Source: Haliotis cracherodii (lineage: Eukaryota). Taken from it: DNA of 64,000 nt. Position numbers and translations under genes: made by a program. Shown piece by piece: positions 62,151 to 64,000 of the stretch. Position 1 is the first letter of the stretch. The number at the start of each line of letters is the position of its first letter. The notes below the pieces were generated by a model. It was not told the origin of the DNA, ran no database searches, and worked only from the letters and a program-made list of their open reading frames with translations. The stretch is taken from contig NW_027266286.1 in the NCBI RefSeq assembly GCF_022045235.1, forward strand, positions 64,666,001 to 64,730,000, written 5' to 3'.

Positions 62151-62613
62151 CCATGTCTGTCCTGAATGATAAAAGTCCATGGATGTATGTTAATTCTATC
62201 CTTTTAGTAGGTCTAGGTCTATATATCCTGATAACTTATAAGTTTTGATGTTTTATGAGAGGACAACTTGTCCCTGTTATTCATATAATCTACGAATTAT
62301 TATTTAAGCTAAATAATAATTGTCTTAGTGACTTGTGCAAGTCTAAGTCAGGACCATTAATGACTTTTAGTCTTTTTGCTAGTCGCTGAAATGAACATAT
62401 ATATAGATGAAAATAATTGTTGAAATATAGGTATGAAATATAATAAAAAGGAGCCAAGAGGCTTTCTTCATTCCTGACACTGCAGTTATCTAGACTTGCT
62501 AAGTATTATGGACTTGCATGGGCTGTATTGCATATATTTGTTTCAGATTGTATGACAGATTAGCAGGCAGAGGTAGTTGACACACAATGATCCGCATAAA
62601 ACCCTCATATGAG

Positions 62614-62964
62614 GTGAGGTGAAATTGGTTTTAACGTCGCGTCCAAGATTATTGCACTTATATAGCGACGTTCATGCACGTGTGTGTGTGTGTGTGGCTG
62701 CTTGTACTAGTCCGGACTGATGCCGATTTATAGTGCTAGCTCACTGAGATACCATGGCGCAGTTTAACATGAATACCCCATTCAGACACAGTATACTGAC
62801 TCCGAGCCGACCTGTCCTTGTTTTAGCACCTTAATGCCGAGCGCCAGACAGGGTAACAACAAGTACCATCTTTTAACGTCTTTTGGTATGACGCGGCCGG
62901 GTATCGAACCCCGGAACTTCCGCTCTGCGGACAGACGCTCTACCACTAGACCACGGAGGCGGTC
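62614..62964 (-). mobile_element. Full-length SINE family C (Meta-SINE-like) with 13-bp TSD
   Basis: tRNA head GACCGCCTCCGTGGTCTAGTGG...GGTTCGATACC; TSD ACCCT(C/T)ATATGAG at 62601-62613 and 62965-62977. Confidence 0.92.
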
Positions 62965-63379
62965 ACCCTTATATGAGTCCAATATAGCATGCTTGTGGCC
63001 GTCTTGAGCGTTCTGTCACGCATTACCAGCAAACAATGTGGCAGCATTGGGCGATGATGCGCTGGGTCAGAGCATGACACCAGATGGGCTCGTGACATGT
63101 TAGTCGCCTTATTGACAGTATGCCCAGACGGATCATCTCCCTTGTCGAGGCGCGTGACGCTCTCCCGCTAGACCACGGAGGCGGTCACCCTTATATGAGT
63201 CCAATATAGCATGCTTGTGGCCGTCTTGAGCGTTTTGTCACGCATTACCAGCAAACAGTGTGGCAGCATTGGGCGATGATGCGCTGGGTCAGAGCATGGG
63301 ACCAGATGGGCTTGTGACATGTTAGTCGCCTAATTGACAGTATTCCCAGACGGATCATCTCCCTTGTCGAGGCGCGTGA
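62934..63379. repeat. 222-bp tandem duplication including the 5' tip of the SINE-C
   Basis: Units start at 62934 and 63156. Confidence 0.92.
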
Positions 63380-63420
63380 TGGCGCAACACATTATTAAAC
63401 TCTTTGATGCAGTAACTGAT

Positions 63421-63573
63421 GTGAGTGAGTATGGTTTTACGCCGCTTTTAGCAATATTCCAGCAATATCACGGCGGGGGACACCAGAAATGGGCTTCACA
63501 CATTGTACCCATGTCGGGAATCGAACCCGAGTCTTCGGCGTGACGAGCGGGCACTAGGCTACCCAACCGCCAC
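63421..63573 (-). mobile_element. SINE family A
   Basis: Near full-length match. Confidence 0.9.
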
Positions 63574-64000
63574 TTAATGAGGTAACTTCGCTGACTTTAT
63601 CTGATTGTGATCACTGTAGACTGACTCATACTTTAATCATACACACAGCTTTCGACGTCTTCTTTTATATGGACAATAACTGTGGTTCGCGTTACTCAAA
63701 CAACCTGTTTTGGGATTCATTGGTTGTGTATATAGTTATTCTTGTGGAGCAGCTATAACAGCTATTTAGCAAACTCCCGTACAGAATGTTTAGCCTTTAG
63801 CTGAATAAATGTGTTGACGACAGGGCGTTGACGATTAATATCAAGCGATAATAGGATAGAATAATATGATTTGTTTTTTATTCATAATGCTATGATTTAG
63901 GAACAGAATGTGTTCTAAATATATATCGACTAATATAAATGTTCAATACATTTTCTCTACACGGACGATCAGGATTTTGGTTTGGTTTGTTGTTTTACGC

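Overview
AT-rich animal genomic DNA with four N-gaps. The SINE repertoire suggests a mollusc, probably abalone-like (inference). The window contains a single-exon Olig-family bHLH gene (4017-4706, -) and a tRNA-Asp(GTC) gene. It also has many tRNA-derived SINEs, Penelope-like, CR1 and Tc1 remnants, MITEs and satellites. The main feature is a 29-kb cluster (17.5-46.7 kb) of nine intact, intronless, minimal LIM-LIM-homeodomain genes of the Arrowhead/Lhx6/8 type, labelled L1-L9 here. Four copies lie in a ~3.62-kb tandem macro-repeat and the others form inverted pairs. There is also one 5'-only pseudogene and three helix-turn-helix-only fragments. The copies show signs of gene conversion, including L9, whose LIM region is homogenised while its homeodomain is only ~50% identical to the others. 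Eight of the nine genes and the pseudogene share a CGTTCACTC-core motif exactly 18-19 bp upstream of the TATA box. All alignments and counts were done by eye.
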